Source of the DNA: Callorhinchus milii
Lineage: Eukaryota
Reading direction: 5' to 3'
Length of the DNA stretch: 64,000 nucleotides
NCBI RefSeq assembly: GCF_018977255.1
Contig: NW_024704742.1
Coordinates: 62,001-126,000, forward strand
Shown here: piece by piece, positions 13,651 through 25,689 of the stretch
Layout: each line of letters begins with the position of its first letter
How positions within the stretch are numbered: position 1 is the first letter of the stretch
Notes under the pieces: model-generated
Seen by the model: the letters and a program-made list of their open reading frames with translations, nothing else
What the model was told of the DNA's origin: nothing
Databases searched by the model: none
Position numbers and translations under genes: made by a program

Positions 13651-16210
13651 GATTCGGAGGCCAAAGCGGGGACAGCGCGGCAAGGAGCCGAGGTCTCGCC
13701 GAGTGTTTAAAGCCTGACCGGGGATAAGCAGCCTCCGCCGTGACGTCACACCCTAAAGACCAACAACTAACCACAATAAGCGCCCTCTCCACTCTGCACC
13801 ACCCCGAGCCCTCACAGCCTCCTGCAAGCTGACAATGTCCCACCAACCCGCCGCCTCCTATCTCGGCGTGCTCATCTTGGCTGCTGCCCCTGACACGAGA
13901 TAGCCCTTCCTCAAAATGCCCCCCTCCCTGCAACTCTCCCGCTCTGTCTTGCTCTCTCTCCGCCCTCCCTGCCTCCTATCTCTCTTTGACTCCCCCACTG
14001 CCTCCCTCTGTTCCAGCCTGGGAATCTTTCGCCGGCCTCATCGGAGCACTCGGCCCTGGCTGTCCAGCAGCAGCCACACCGACTGCCCCATTTCCCACTA
14101 CCGTCGCAAGTCACCCCAGACCCCGGGGGCTAACCTCTCCTCCCTCATCTTCATCCCCACCCTCCTTGCCAACCAATCCACCATCCCCTCCCATCTCACA
14201 CATCCCCTTGCCAACTATCCACCCCACATTGGCCTTCAAAACATCCACTCTATCTGCAACAAGATCTTGGCCGTCAATGAACTCATCCTCGATGAGAACA
14301 TTGACATTATGGCCCTCACTGAAATCTAGATCACTCCAGGTGACACCTTCCCCCTTGCTGAGGCCACAGACTACACCTACCACCATGCTCCCACATCTCA
14401 ACCGTTGTGGCAGTTGTGTGGCCCTCATATCCAGGGCGTCATTAGCCCTATCCCCCTACTCCACCGGTTCATTCCCCTCTTTCAAAAACCTTATCCTCTG
14501 CCATCCCTCCCACCTTGCTCTAAAAATCCTCCTAGTTTACCTCCCCCCCCAAAATCCTCCCCCACCTTCATCTCTGACATCTCCACCCTCCTAGCTTCCC
14601 TTTGCCTCTGCTCTGAATTCCTCATCATCCAACGCACCTTCAACCTCCACTTCAACCCTTCCTGCTCTACCTCCTCAGACTTCTCTCCCCTCTCAACATC
14701 TCCCTCCACATCCACTCTGCTACCCACACCCACGGCCACCCGGTCGACCTGTTGATCACCCGGGGCCTCAGCGTCTCGGATGTCACCATCACTGACAAGA
14801 TCATCTCTGACCACCATTTCATCTCCCTAACTCCCATATCCCTTTCCCCACTGCCTCCAAACCTACCACCATCTTCCAGCACCCATGGAAGAAGATCTCC
14901 CCACAAACCCTCTCCACTGCCCTAGAGTCCTCTGAACTCCTCCCCCTCTGGCTCACCTCTCGCACCAACTTACTCTTCTCCACAGCACCCTCTCCACCAC
15001 ACTCGACACCCTTGCCCCCCCCCCACCTCCCGAACTGCTCCCTATTCCTGATCCTCACCCTGGGTCATCAGCCACCTCCGCTCGCTTAAGGGCCAGAAGC
15101 GGGCTGCTGAACACACTTGGCTTGAATCTGGCCTAACTGTCCACCGCCACATCTGACTGGACCTCATCAAAACTTCAACTCCGCTTTCGCCTCGGCCAAA
15201 TCGTCCTTCTATTCCAGATTAATTCTAGAGGTGAAGGGCAACCCCAGGCTCCTGTTCCCCCCCCCCACCAACCGGTTCTTCCGCCCTCCCGGCCGCACCT
15301 AGCAGATTCTTTTCTCTGAGTCCCATTGCAAGAAAATGCTGAACTTCCTCGAGTCCAAAATTGAGGGAATCCGCTCAGTTGCCACTGCCCCCTCCAACTT
15401 CCATCCCCTCCCTTCTCCCTGCCCACACTCCGACAATTACCCATCCCTCCTTCCACACCTTTGAATCTGTCATCTCCTCTTCTGTCTTCACCACCATATC
15501 CTCCATGAAGCTCACCACCTGCTCCGTGGACCCCTCTCCTAAAATCCCAGCTCCAACTCCTTGCCCCACTACTCGCTGATATCACCAACCTCTCCCTGTC
15601 ATCTGGCACTGTTTCTACACCACTCAAAACAGCCACTATCACCCCCCACCTTGAAGAAACATTTGCTTGACCCATCACAGCTATTTAGCCACCGGCCCAT
15701 CTCAAACCTCCCTTTTCTGTCCAAGGTCCTTGAGAGAGCCGTTGCCTCCTAGCTTTGCTCTTTCCTCTCCTTCCACTCCCTCTACGAATCCTCCAATTGG
15801 GTTTCCGTGCTGCCCACAGCATGAAAACTGCTCTGGTCAAGGTCACAAACGACATCCTGACAATATGTGACCAGGGCTCCCTCTGTTTCCTCGTCCTCCT
15901 CAACCTCTCCGCTGTCTTTGACACTGTGGACCATTCAATCCTCCTCCACCACCTCTCCTCCCACCTCAACCTTCAAGATTCTGTTCATCCCATGTTCCCT
16001 TCGCCTCGCTTCCTCCCTTGCCTCCTTCAAGACCGGTCTCAAGACCCTTCTCTTCGACCGTGCCTTTGGTCTCCCTCCCACCTCTCTGCCTTCCATCACC
16101 CCTACACCACCCCTCCCCCATGCTCAGGTCCCGACTCCTGACTGTTTGGCGCTTTGGGACGTCCTGCCGACGTAAAAGGCGCTCTATAAAGGTAACTTTG
16201 TTTTTGTTGT
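13651..16210 (+). mobile_element. L2-clade LINE retaining its 5' end, with an internal RT deletion
   Basis: GC-rich 5' region, then an APE endonuclease remnant (IGLQNIHSICNK...IDIMALTEI) and the RT N-terminus ([20 protein letters not shown]...LSAVFDTVDHSILL). It then jumps at ~15990 to the 3'UTR hairpin and TTG tail. Confidence 0.9.
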
Positions 16211-16371
16211 GGGCAACTACTGTGTGCTGCAAAGCATGCATAAAATACACAATAAATTCTCTTTGAGATATCATCATGATCTGAAAATGCTATATCAAGT
16301 GTTAAGATTTTTATCATGATGTCACCTTGGGCCCAGCTCAGCTTCAAGCAGATTCCGCTTACCACCCCATT

Positions 16372-16703
16372 GTGGAGTCCTGTAGCTCAGTGGTTAGAGC
16401 ACTCGCTTTGCAAGTGAGAGACCTGAGTTCAATTCCAGGCAGAGGGCGAAACCTTGGGCAAGTTTCCTTACTCCACACAGAGCCTAATAATAATCCCTCC
16501 AAAACAAAACAATAATAAATTGGTCATTTTCCATCTACGACTGTTTGTGGGACATTGCTGTGCGCAATTGGCTGCCGCGTTCGCCCACAAATATACAGTC
16601 AATTCACTTTACAGTCTATTCTGTGAAGCGCTTTGGGACGTCCTCCCGACGTGAAAAGCGCTATATCAAATGCAAGGATTATTATTATTATTATTATTAT
16701 TAT
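16372..16703 (+). mobile_element. Young tRNA-derived SINE
   Basis: Full head, body, L2-type hairpin and (ATT)n tail. Confidence 0.92.
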
Positions 16704-16786
16704 CCCCATGAAGTTTAGTCATTGAGAAAGGAAGTGAATCTTGACATGAGTGGCTGGGGCCCCAATCAAGTGAACTGGAGAACTTC

Positions 16787-17110
16787 GTGGAGTCCTGTTG
16801 CTCAGCGGTTAGAGCACTCGCTTTGCAAGTGAGAGACCTGAGTTCAATTCCAGGCAGAGGGCGAAACCTTGGGCAAGTTTCCTTACTCCACACGCCTAAT
16901 AATAATCACTCCAAAAAACAAAACAATAATAAATTGGTCATTTTCAATCACGACTGTTTGTGGGACACTGCTGTGCGCAATTGGCCGCCGCTTTCGCCCA
17001 CAAATATACAGTCAATTCACTTTCCACTGTGTTCTGTGAAGCGCTTTGGGACGTCCTCCCGACGTGAAAAGCGCTATATCAAATGCAAGGATTATTATTA
17101 TTATTATTAT
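16787..17110 (+). mobile_element. Young tRNA-derived SINE
   Basis: Second tandem copy, with a few diagnostic differences. Confidence 0.92.
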
Positions 17111-17114
17111 AACT

Positions 17115-17545
17115 GCTTTCTATCGGAAGATGTCAAATTTTGCATGTGGTGAGTATTCCATCATCCTCCTGACTGGAGCCTTGTAGATGGAGGAGAGTTT
17201 TTGGTGAGTGAGTTGATGAGCCAGCCTTCATAGTATACATAGCCACTGCCTTGCTCTTATAGTCACACTGTTGATGTGGGCCAGTTAAGTCTCTTATCGA
17301 TGGTGACATCAGGATGTTGACGGTTAGAGATTTAGCAATGGATGTGCCTTCGAAATTTAGGGAGAGATTGCTTGGTCATTTACTGTTGTTTCTCTTTCAT
17401 TGCAGATAGTCATTTCGGCACTTATGTGGTACAAATGTTATCTACCTCTTGTTAGCCCAAGCCTGAATGTTATCCATGTATTGCTGCAGATATGACATGG
17501 ACTGCTTCATTATCAGAGGTTTTGGGAATAGAGCTAAACACTGTG
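17115..17545 (-). mobile_element. Old LINE RT fragment (CR1-group, distinct family)
   Basis: The reverse strand reads LQQYMDNIQAWANKR*ITFVPHKC, resembling the RT C-terminal QxDLDxIxxWAxxWQxxF motif. Confidence 0.6.
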
Positions 17546-17564
17546 GAATGATGTTTAGCTCCAT

Positions 17565-17992
17565 GTGGCATCCTGTAGCTCAGTGGTTAGAGTGCTCGCT
17601 TCGCAAGTAAGAAACCTGGTTTTGACTCTCGGCAGGGTGACATGTTGGACAAGTTTCCTTACTCCACATGCCTAATTAATAATCCTTCAAGAAAAAAAAT
17701 AAACAATAATTTGTCACTCAATCCACGACTGTTTGTGGGACACTGCTGTGCGCAATTGGCGGATCACTTTCCGGGATAATAATACCTTAAAAAAGTAATT
17801 TGGTCACTCAATCCACGACTGTTTGTGGGACACTGTAGCACACGGTTTTGCGCAATTGACTGCTACATTTCGTCCAGAATATACACAGTCAATTTACTTT
17901 ACAGCATATTCTGTGAAGTGCTTTTAGATGTCTCAATGACATGATAAGGCGCTATATCAAATGCAAGAATTATTATTATTGATATTATTATT
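17565..17992 (+). mobile_element. Older SINE with internal duplication, ~400 nt upstream of the gene A promoter
   Basis: GTCACTCAATCCACGACTGTTTGTGGGACACTG occurs twice (~17713 and ~17803). Confidence 0.8.
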
Positions 17993-18350
17993 TTCTCAAC
18001 CAACCTATTGAACTCTAAAACTGAACTCCCGTGTACTCAGCTTCTCATTATAATTAATTAATTTGCACAATATTTTCGTAAATGTTTATGCTTACTTTGT
18101 ACATCCACATTTACACGCAGTAATTCAATAAGTTTTATCAGTGATACACACATTTACTTATCAATGGGAATTCACAGCTGATTTGGAGCTGGACAGGAAA
18201 TTAATTTCCTAAGCACAATATGACTGAGCAAAGTGTGTTAATCTCAAGAGGAATTAAATTTCAAACAAGATTAATCATAGATTCTTTGCAATTTGTAAGC
18301 AACGTGAATAATTTAGAAGAAGTTCGTTAAAAATGTTTACAACTGTGAAA

Positions 18351-18416
18351 ACTTCCTGAAAAATTCCACTTGCATCATCTCCTCCTGATTGACTCAGTGT
18401 TCAGTTAATAAATAAA
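18351..18416 (+). promoter_or_regulatory. Gene A proximal promoter: ETS-like, kB-like, AP-1 and TATA-like elements
   Basis: ACTTCCTG (18351) runs into GAAAAATTCC, followed by TGACTCA 18390-18396 and AT-rich AATAAATAAA ~18407-18416. The order is the same as in the gene C promoter. Confidence 0.6.
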
Positions 18417-18502
18417 GCTGCTAAGCAGTGAGGAATTAGAAGCAGAGTGCAACAGCACAGCAACAGGAAGAAGATAAAGTAGTATTGTATCAGTACAACA
18501 CA

Positions 18503-19992
18503 ATGAACAGCAAAGTCACCATCTCCCTCCTTGTCCTTTATTTGGCTTCTCCACAAGGTACAGAAATATTTGTGTTTATAAGACTACAATATTACACAGA
18601 CTAACCTAGAGTGTATTGGTTAGTTTGTCAACTCAACATATTGTGTTGGCAGAAATACTGTACTTCATTCAACAATGTGTCAATATACTATATTTTGGTA
18701 TAATTCACACCTTTAAAGGTCTTAACCTAATAATTTGGATGTAATGTATATGGGGTGTGCTGGTGAACAATGATTTATTGGGTGCATGTGGCTGGCATTC
18801 AGTCATATAATAATAAGACATTTCTGTAAAGATTAATTCTGCCTCATTGGGTGTTACAGGAGCGACCCTGCGATGTCGGTGCATCAAAACAGAGCCTAAT
18901 TTTATCCATCCAAAGTTCATAGACAATATTATAATTATCCCTAGTGGTCCCCACTGCCCCAAAGCAGCAATCATGTAAGTATTAGGACTATTACATTTAA
19001 CAGGGAAATTGAGTTCTTCTGTCAGATATTATTTCACACATCATTAATTCAAAGGCTAGAAAATAACTTCATGATTTTTCAATTATTTCCAGTGCCACAC
19101 TTCAAAGCTTCAAACAAGTCTGCCTGAACCCTGATGCCGCTTCAGTGAAAAAGATCATTGGCAGGATGATTGATGGGTAAGTATGTACTTCTAGGTAGTA
19201 ATATTGTCAGGTAAAGGGAAACTAGTCACAGTATCAAACATATGTGTTGTTGAGACAATTGTAAAACATCTTCCTAAATTTCACCTAGTCTTGGGCTATA
19301 AGACAATTATGTTATAAATGGTTATTTGTGGGGCATAATTGTGTGCTAATTGGCCCATGTTCGGCCACAAACTATACACATATAGTCACACCACTTTACA
19401 GTAATTCCTGTGAAGCTCTTTGAGACATCTCAATTATGTGATAAAGCACTATAATTAAATACATTGATTATAATTGTAATGTAATATTTTAAGTTTGCAT
19501 AGATTTGTGGAAAATTCTTAGATTCAGTTTTAATTGAGAGATTTGTTTTCCATGATTCTTAAAAGAAGTCTTCCAAATTAAGAGCGAATATACAATTTTT
19601 CTCTGCAATGTTAATTTTTAAGTGAGATTTTTGCAGGTTTTGCAGGGTCCTAGATTCATCACTGTGACATTTAAATTTCTCTCTTCTGCTCTCGGTCTCC
19701 TTAAAGCTACTTAGATTGAGTTTACTGGAGTGAGAGTGTATCAAAGCCTCATTAATCTACATAAAAAGATGAACCATTCTGTCCAGGATATTCTTGATCA
19801 TACATTGCAACAAAGACCACTTTCAGCTTTTGTTGAAGTCTCTCATGGAGTACTTTTGAACAATACATCAAGATTTTTTAAAAAACTAAGTGCTTCTTTT
19901 CTTATGACACATTTCTCCATGAAATCTGTGCAATTTGTAAAAATATTTCTTGCTTTTTCCACAGATCCAAGAACCCTGAAGCAAATCAATGA
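18503..19992 (+). CDS. cxcl8: CXCL8-like CXC chemokine, gene A (4 exons; TLR-CRC; exon-2 start uncertain, may be partly degenerate)
   Basis: Exons 18503-18557, 18860-18974 (acceptor ttacag), 19093-19176 and 19965-19992, all with GT-AG boundaries. Product 93 aa: MNSKVTISLLVLYLASPQGATLRCRCIKTEPNFIHPKFIDNIIIIPSGPHCPKAAIIATLQSFKQVCLNPDAASVKKIIGRMIDGSKNPEANQ. It has four chemokine Cys, the SGPHC motif and VCLNP. The paralog-equivalent acceptor position (before 18839) reads TT rather than AG. Confidence 0.75.
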
Positions 19993-20327
19993 GGAGAAGC
20001 CACAACATCAAAGTGTTGAGATTGAAACCCAATTATGCCAGGGCCTCTATGTTTTAAATTCGGTCATATTTATGTGTTAAAAATATTTCATTTATTTGGT
20101 GGTTTATTTATGATTTCATAAAAGGATATTTTGGTGTTTCAATACCCGTATATCTATTGAAATTGTACTTTTTAAAAAATAATTTATTTACATTTTAAAT
20201 ACATCAGGAATTACTGGACTGGAATATATTTATTTAATAAATGAAATAATTACTTTGTATATTTATGGCAAAGCTTCTATTTTTAATCTCTGCTGATCTG
20301 CTTAACTCAATGAACTGTTCAAATAAA
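19993..20327 (+). promoter_or_regulatory. Gene A AU-rich 3'UTR and poly(A) signals
   Basis: Several overlapping ATTTA/TTATTTAT motifs, with AATAAA at 20236 and 20322. Confidence 0.55.
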
Positions 20328-23300
20328 TTTTAAAATTCATATGAATGATGAGAATTTTGATGGATTTGTAAGTTGAATTAACATCATCATTGGTTCATAC
20401 TACATGCAAGAGAATAAAAAGGAATCAATACCTTTCATCACACATATATATAAAAAAAATTCCACCGTGGTTACATATATCTCACAAAGACAGCATTATG
20501 AAACACTACAAATTTCATCCCATGTAAAGTCACGGCATGGAAAAATGCTACTTGGCACATCAGGCTCTTTGAAAGAGCAATCCATTCAGACATACATGCC
20601 TTTTCCCCATATCCTGTACATAACAAAAGCAACAACAACTTGGTTTATATAGTGACCTTCAATTGGGGTGGTGTCTTGGAGCACTTAGCAATGGTGGAAC
20701 TGGACACATAGCTAGGAGAGGGGGGGAGGCAACTGTGGGCACAGTTGGAAAGGAACGTCTTCAGGTGCAATCTGAAGACGGACAAGGAGGGTTCAATTAA
20801 AGAATTATAACAACCACAAGATTACATTTGTATAGCGCCTTTCACGTCGGGAGAACGTCCCAAGATGCTGATTACTCCTTTTTCGATATTTATCTCGTTC
20901 CCACTTGAAATTCAATATAGTTTCTGCCTCAAATTCTGCTCTCAGCCCCTCGTTCCACATCCCAGCAACTTTGTGTAAATAAAATCCACCTATTATCCCC
21001 ATTTGCTCCCTTGCTAACAATCTTAAATTATAGGCTATGTGCTTTAATTTAAGATAGTAAAGCACAGTTAAGATAGTTAATTTAAGATTGTTAAAGGTTA
21101 GGAGTCACTGATTCATCAACCAGGTGAAATAATTTCTATTGACTCTTTCAAAACCTTTATAATTTTAAAAACCTCTACTTGGTCTTGCATTTTCACCAAA
21201 CTCACTAATTTGTTGTACCAGAATACTTCATGGTTCATTTTGTTTGACAATACATGCAACATCCAACAACTTGCAGTTGTATAGTGCCCTTCACATAGGA
21301 TAATGCCTTGGAGTGCTTCAAAGCACCAGGGTTGGGCACTCAGTTGGGAAGAAAGTGGGGAAGGGACCATAGACAAGGTAGGTTTTAAGGTAGGGCTTGA
21401 AGATTGATAAAGACTGGGTGAGGCGGAGGTATTGAGGTTAGAGTTCCAGACATTGGGGGTGTAGTGACCGAATGCTCAGTAGTAGTGCAGAAAGTGTGGA
21501 GAATGCATTGCAGGTATGTTAGCTGAGCAGAGGGGTGGGCAGAGTAATAGGGTACAAGGAGATCAGAGAGGTAGGGAGGTGCAAGGCTGATTTATCTGTG
21601 AAGTCGAGCCATTCAATAGAGTTTGGATCAGCTGGACCTTATGAAAGGCAGAACTTGGGAGATCAGTGAAGAGTCAAGGTGGGAGGTTTTAAAAGCACAG
21701 ATGAGAGTTTTGGCAGGATTTGGTGTGAGGTAGAAGTTGAGGTAACGGAAAACAGTTTTGGCCAGTTTGGGCTTGAATATGAGTTAAGAGGACATCTGAG
21801 GATTGAACCAGATTGTGTTTGATTTGGGGGATTGTTAGCCAGGACATCGGGAACATCCTTCTCCTTTTGAACAGCGCCCTAGGATCTTTAACGTCCACTT
21901 GGTGGGAACTCGTTTTAATGTCTCATCCGAATGACCACATGGGATTTAAACCCATAAACTTCTGACTCAGAGATGACAGTGAAACCACCAAAAGCCAGGC
22001 TGACAGGTACTTTGCAATAACAAAGTGCAAAATTCATTGTAGTTTTCTGTGTCCTCCACAACGTGGTATGGAAAGGAATATGACATTGGAGGTCAATGCA
22101 GCAGGTAAAAGACTTTTCCCTTTCTCCACTCTGAGAGTTTGGCCTACATTAAAAGGCACTATCTGTATTTTAATTGTGTATGGATGTGTATTATGCACAG
22201 GAAGCCAAAAATTCCACCTCATTCTGTAAATTCCCTATGGACCACTTTGTCTTCAAGGGTAAGAGCACAGAATTAAGAAAAAAATCTTAAATTCAGTCTT
22301 AACTTGAAAAGTGGATCTTTCAATAAAGTTCAATAAATCAATTTCCAAATGAAGAATGACTTAAGAATCTTCTTTTTCTTCCCACTGGGCAATACTAAAC
22401 TTCATAGGCTACAGGTTAAGACAAGGTGGAATTTTATGTGTGAATATATACGTTCAGAGGAATTTATAGGAGCCCTTAATTATTCATTGGATATGCCCTC
22501 CATACATATCCTTGTACACATACAACAAATAACAACCTGGCCTTACACGCCTTTCACATAAAATAATGTCTTCACAGAGGTGGGTTGGGAATTTAAGCAA
22601 GAGGGGAGGATAAAAGGGAGGTGGTAAGTTTTCACAAGGATTTTGGAAGCAGAGGAGGGAAAGTGCAAGGCAGAAGGATTTTGCAAAAGAGTTTCAGATT
22701 GTGGGAGTACAATGGCTGAAAGCCTGGCAAGTCTAATGGTGGGCAGAGGTGGCAAGAAGTGGAGCAAGGCAGAGGGAGTAGCCACATCTCCCCTAATAGA
22801 ACCAAGTATCGAATTCACATAATTTGGGACAGTTACCTTTTGCTATTCTGTCTAATCATTTTAACGTTGCTTTCAAATCGTACCAATATTTAGTTTTAAT
22901 TCTTTAGCTATTTATATGCATTGAACAGCATATTTCACCTTTAATTATTTTAATTAAATAAAAAATTAAATAATTATTCTTGAATATGATATGGCTGGTA
23001 CTTTTCTCATAATGATCGAGAAGTGTAGAAATTACAAGATAGTATTTCAGAAACTTTTAGAAGATTATTTTGAGAGTTTTATCAACTTTACCTAGGTGCA
23101 ATGTCTTCCAGGCCTGTTCTCTAACCAGTAAACTTTCTTCTTACTATTCTCACAGGGTTGTTGCTCACTCTCCACTACTTCTTCTGCACCAATGGCCAAT
23201 AATAATAATAGCCTATAAAGATTATAAATTAGAATAATAATGGTTGCAGTTACGGCATCTTGTCACATCAGGAGGACATTCCATATAATTCACAGGATGT

Positions 23301-24184
23301 ATTGTTAAGTGTATGACTATGTGCTTTGTAAGTGAAGACTGAAGCCAATTTACACACAACATCACTCAAAACAGCCATGAAGTGAATGCCCAATTTAATT
23401 TGGGGGATTGTGGGGAGAAACTGGGATACTATATAGGCCAGGACACGGGGAGAAACTGCTCTTTTTGAAGACTGATGTGGAATCTTTATCATTCACCACA
23501 AGAGGCAGCCAGAAAAATGCTACATGTATGTTCTGCATTTGTAGGAACCATGTCCAGACAAATATGTTGTTCATAATTCTTCAGAAACAGAAGGAACAAT
23601 TACGTTAGTGTCCTTAGTGCCGCTTATTTAAGGGTTAATATTGGTAAACTATAAAATATTTCCCATTTTTCACAAACATTATGTAAAAATATCAGTTGCA
23701 CAACATTTCATAACAATTTATGAGTTAGAAACAGATTGGACACGACCTTTGGTCAAACTCGTTTTTTTAAAAAGTGCGAGGGTGAAAAATGCATCATGTG
23801 ATTTGAACATTTCATATTATTTAATAATTATCACCAGTTATTCTAAAAACTAATGTAATAATGCATTTTATATTGGGACTTTCATGTCAGGAAGACATCC
23901 TATAGCGCTTCACAGGATTTACTATAAGGTGTAGTGACTATTTTGTAGGTTAATGAACAGCAATTTGTACCCAGCAATGTCCCATAAACAGCCATGAAGT
24001 GAATGACCAATTTTATTTGTGGGATTGTTGGCCAAGACAGGAGGAGACATACCCTCCTCTTTTCGAGTAGTCCCATGGGATCTTTAACATCCACCTGAAC
24101 AGGCAAACAAAACTTGGTTTAACATTCCATCTGAAGGGCAGCACAGCACTAATTCTTAATGAATATCAAAGTGAAAAGACATTC

Positions 24185-24480
24185 ACTCCCAACCTTGACA
24201 AATGTTTCGGCTCAAAGCCATCTGAGGCCTCTAAATGCTACCAATATAGTTGTAGCCTCCCGATTATGGCGGTCGTTCAGTCCCACTAGACGGAATCTTA
24301 TATATAACTCAATTTGAGTTTGACTGGTATTCCATATAGCGACATAAGAAGACTCAACTCTGAATAGTTCAATTTAACAGGCAAGTTGAAGAGATCCTAA
24401 CTTTTCTACTTTTCATATTCTCTCTTAATATGTCTTCAGGTTCATAAAAAAATGATAGCGGTTTTGTATGAATATTACCA
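24185..24480 (-). mobile_element. Possible Penelope-like relic with decayed minimal hammerhead
   Basis: The reverse strand reads ...VGLNDR..., then CCTCAGATGGCTTTGAGCCGAAACATTTGTC (24195-24227). Confidence 0.4.
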
Positions 24481-25689
24481 ATCCCTAGGAAAAGGAAAAG
24501 AAAAATAAGCTAGTGTTCTCAATTCCAATCAAAGTACAGCAATTCTTGCTGTAACTGTAGATATGTGGATTTCCAGGTGAAAGGGATTGTGTTTGGGTGT
24601 GCGTGATTCCATGATCAAATAGCCCAATAGCACTCATTGGACAGACTCACACATAAAGAATGTTTACTTTGCAAGGAGATGATGATGGGAACCCAGCCAC
24701 AGCTTTGATGCCTTCAGGGGAAGAAGAGCCTGGGAAAGCTGCAGGGAAATATGAGGAGAAAAAGAAAAGAAAGAGCATTAATGAGGCTGTCCCCATCAAT
24801 GGTGTTTTCAGTATTTTCTGAAGAGGTGGCATTTTACTTTGTATTGCTGGTACATTGTACCGTTTCCCCAAGCACATCTGTAAAATGTAATCCAAAGATT
24901 AAATGCGATTCCTGTCATGCTTGTAATTCTTAATTATTGGGACATAGAAGATTATGAAATGGACATTGGCTTCATAAGATTGCAACGGATATGTGCAAAC
25001 AAAGGGGAATATTTCAATCATAGTGATTAAACATTAACCCTGAAGGATCATCAGCATACGTTGTCTCCATCACATCTTTCCTGCACCCCCACAGATGGCC
25101 AAATTTGTCCCTCCAACCAACTGTCCAACCACGTCAACACCATGGAAAAAGACATTGAAATGAGTAATGCCACTAAATGTACAGATTTGTGCAAGAACGC
25201 TCAAAGTAGGCTGTAGGCTTCATGCAACATACAGTGAGTCACAATAATCTGCAATGCACAATATGACTCAGAACCTTTTACAAACCAAATAAAATCATGC
25301 ATTAAAGGAAAAAATCAAGTAATAAATAGCAATGGATATTTTTGGCGTTTTCTCAGCTGATATAGTTTTTGTGTCTGCTCCCAGTTATCTATAATAAGAA
25401 ATATGAGTCTGTTGATAGTTCTCACTTCCCCCACAGTCTGACTGTCTGGCAACTATTACATCAACAATACATTTAAAGGTTTACTGTAAAGTCTTGTAGA
25501 CTTCATACAAAAATCTTGAAATTGCAATGGAAGGTTTTTCAGGATACTGGCAGATATGAATATAACATATTCTTAGATTTTCGCTGACAAAATATCCAGA
25601 TACAATTCTTTAAAGTAAAATCCTGTGAAGCTCTTTAAGATGTCCTCCTGACATGAAAGCCATAAATTGAATGTAATGATTATTACCCA

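Noticed and set aside
16372..16445. tRNA-like sequence (TGC at the anticodon position) here and at other SINE heads
   Set aside because: Always fused to the SINE body and tail, with no proper acceptor stem; these are SINE heads, not tRNA genes.
24670..24830. Coding-like purine-rich stretch (DDDGNPATALMPSGEEEPGKAAGKYEEKKKRK)
   Set aside because: No recognisable family, a stop follows shortly, and I could not build a consistent exon structure.
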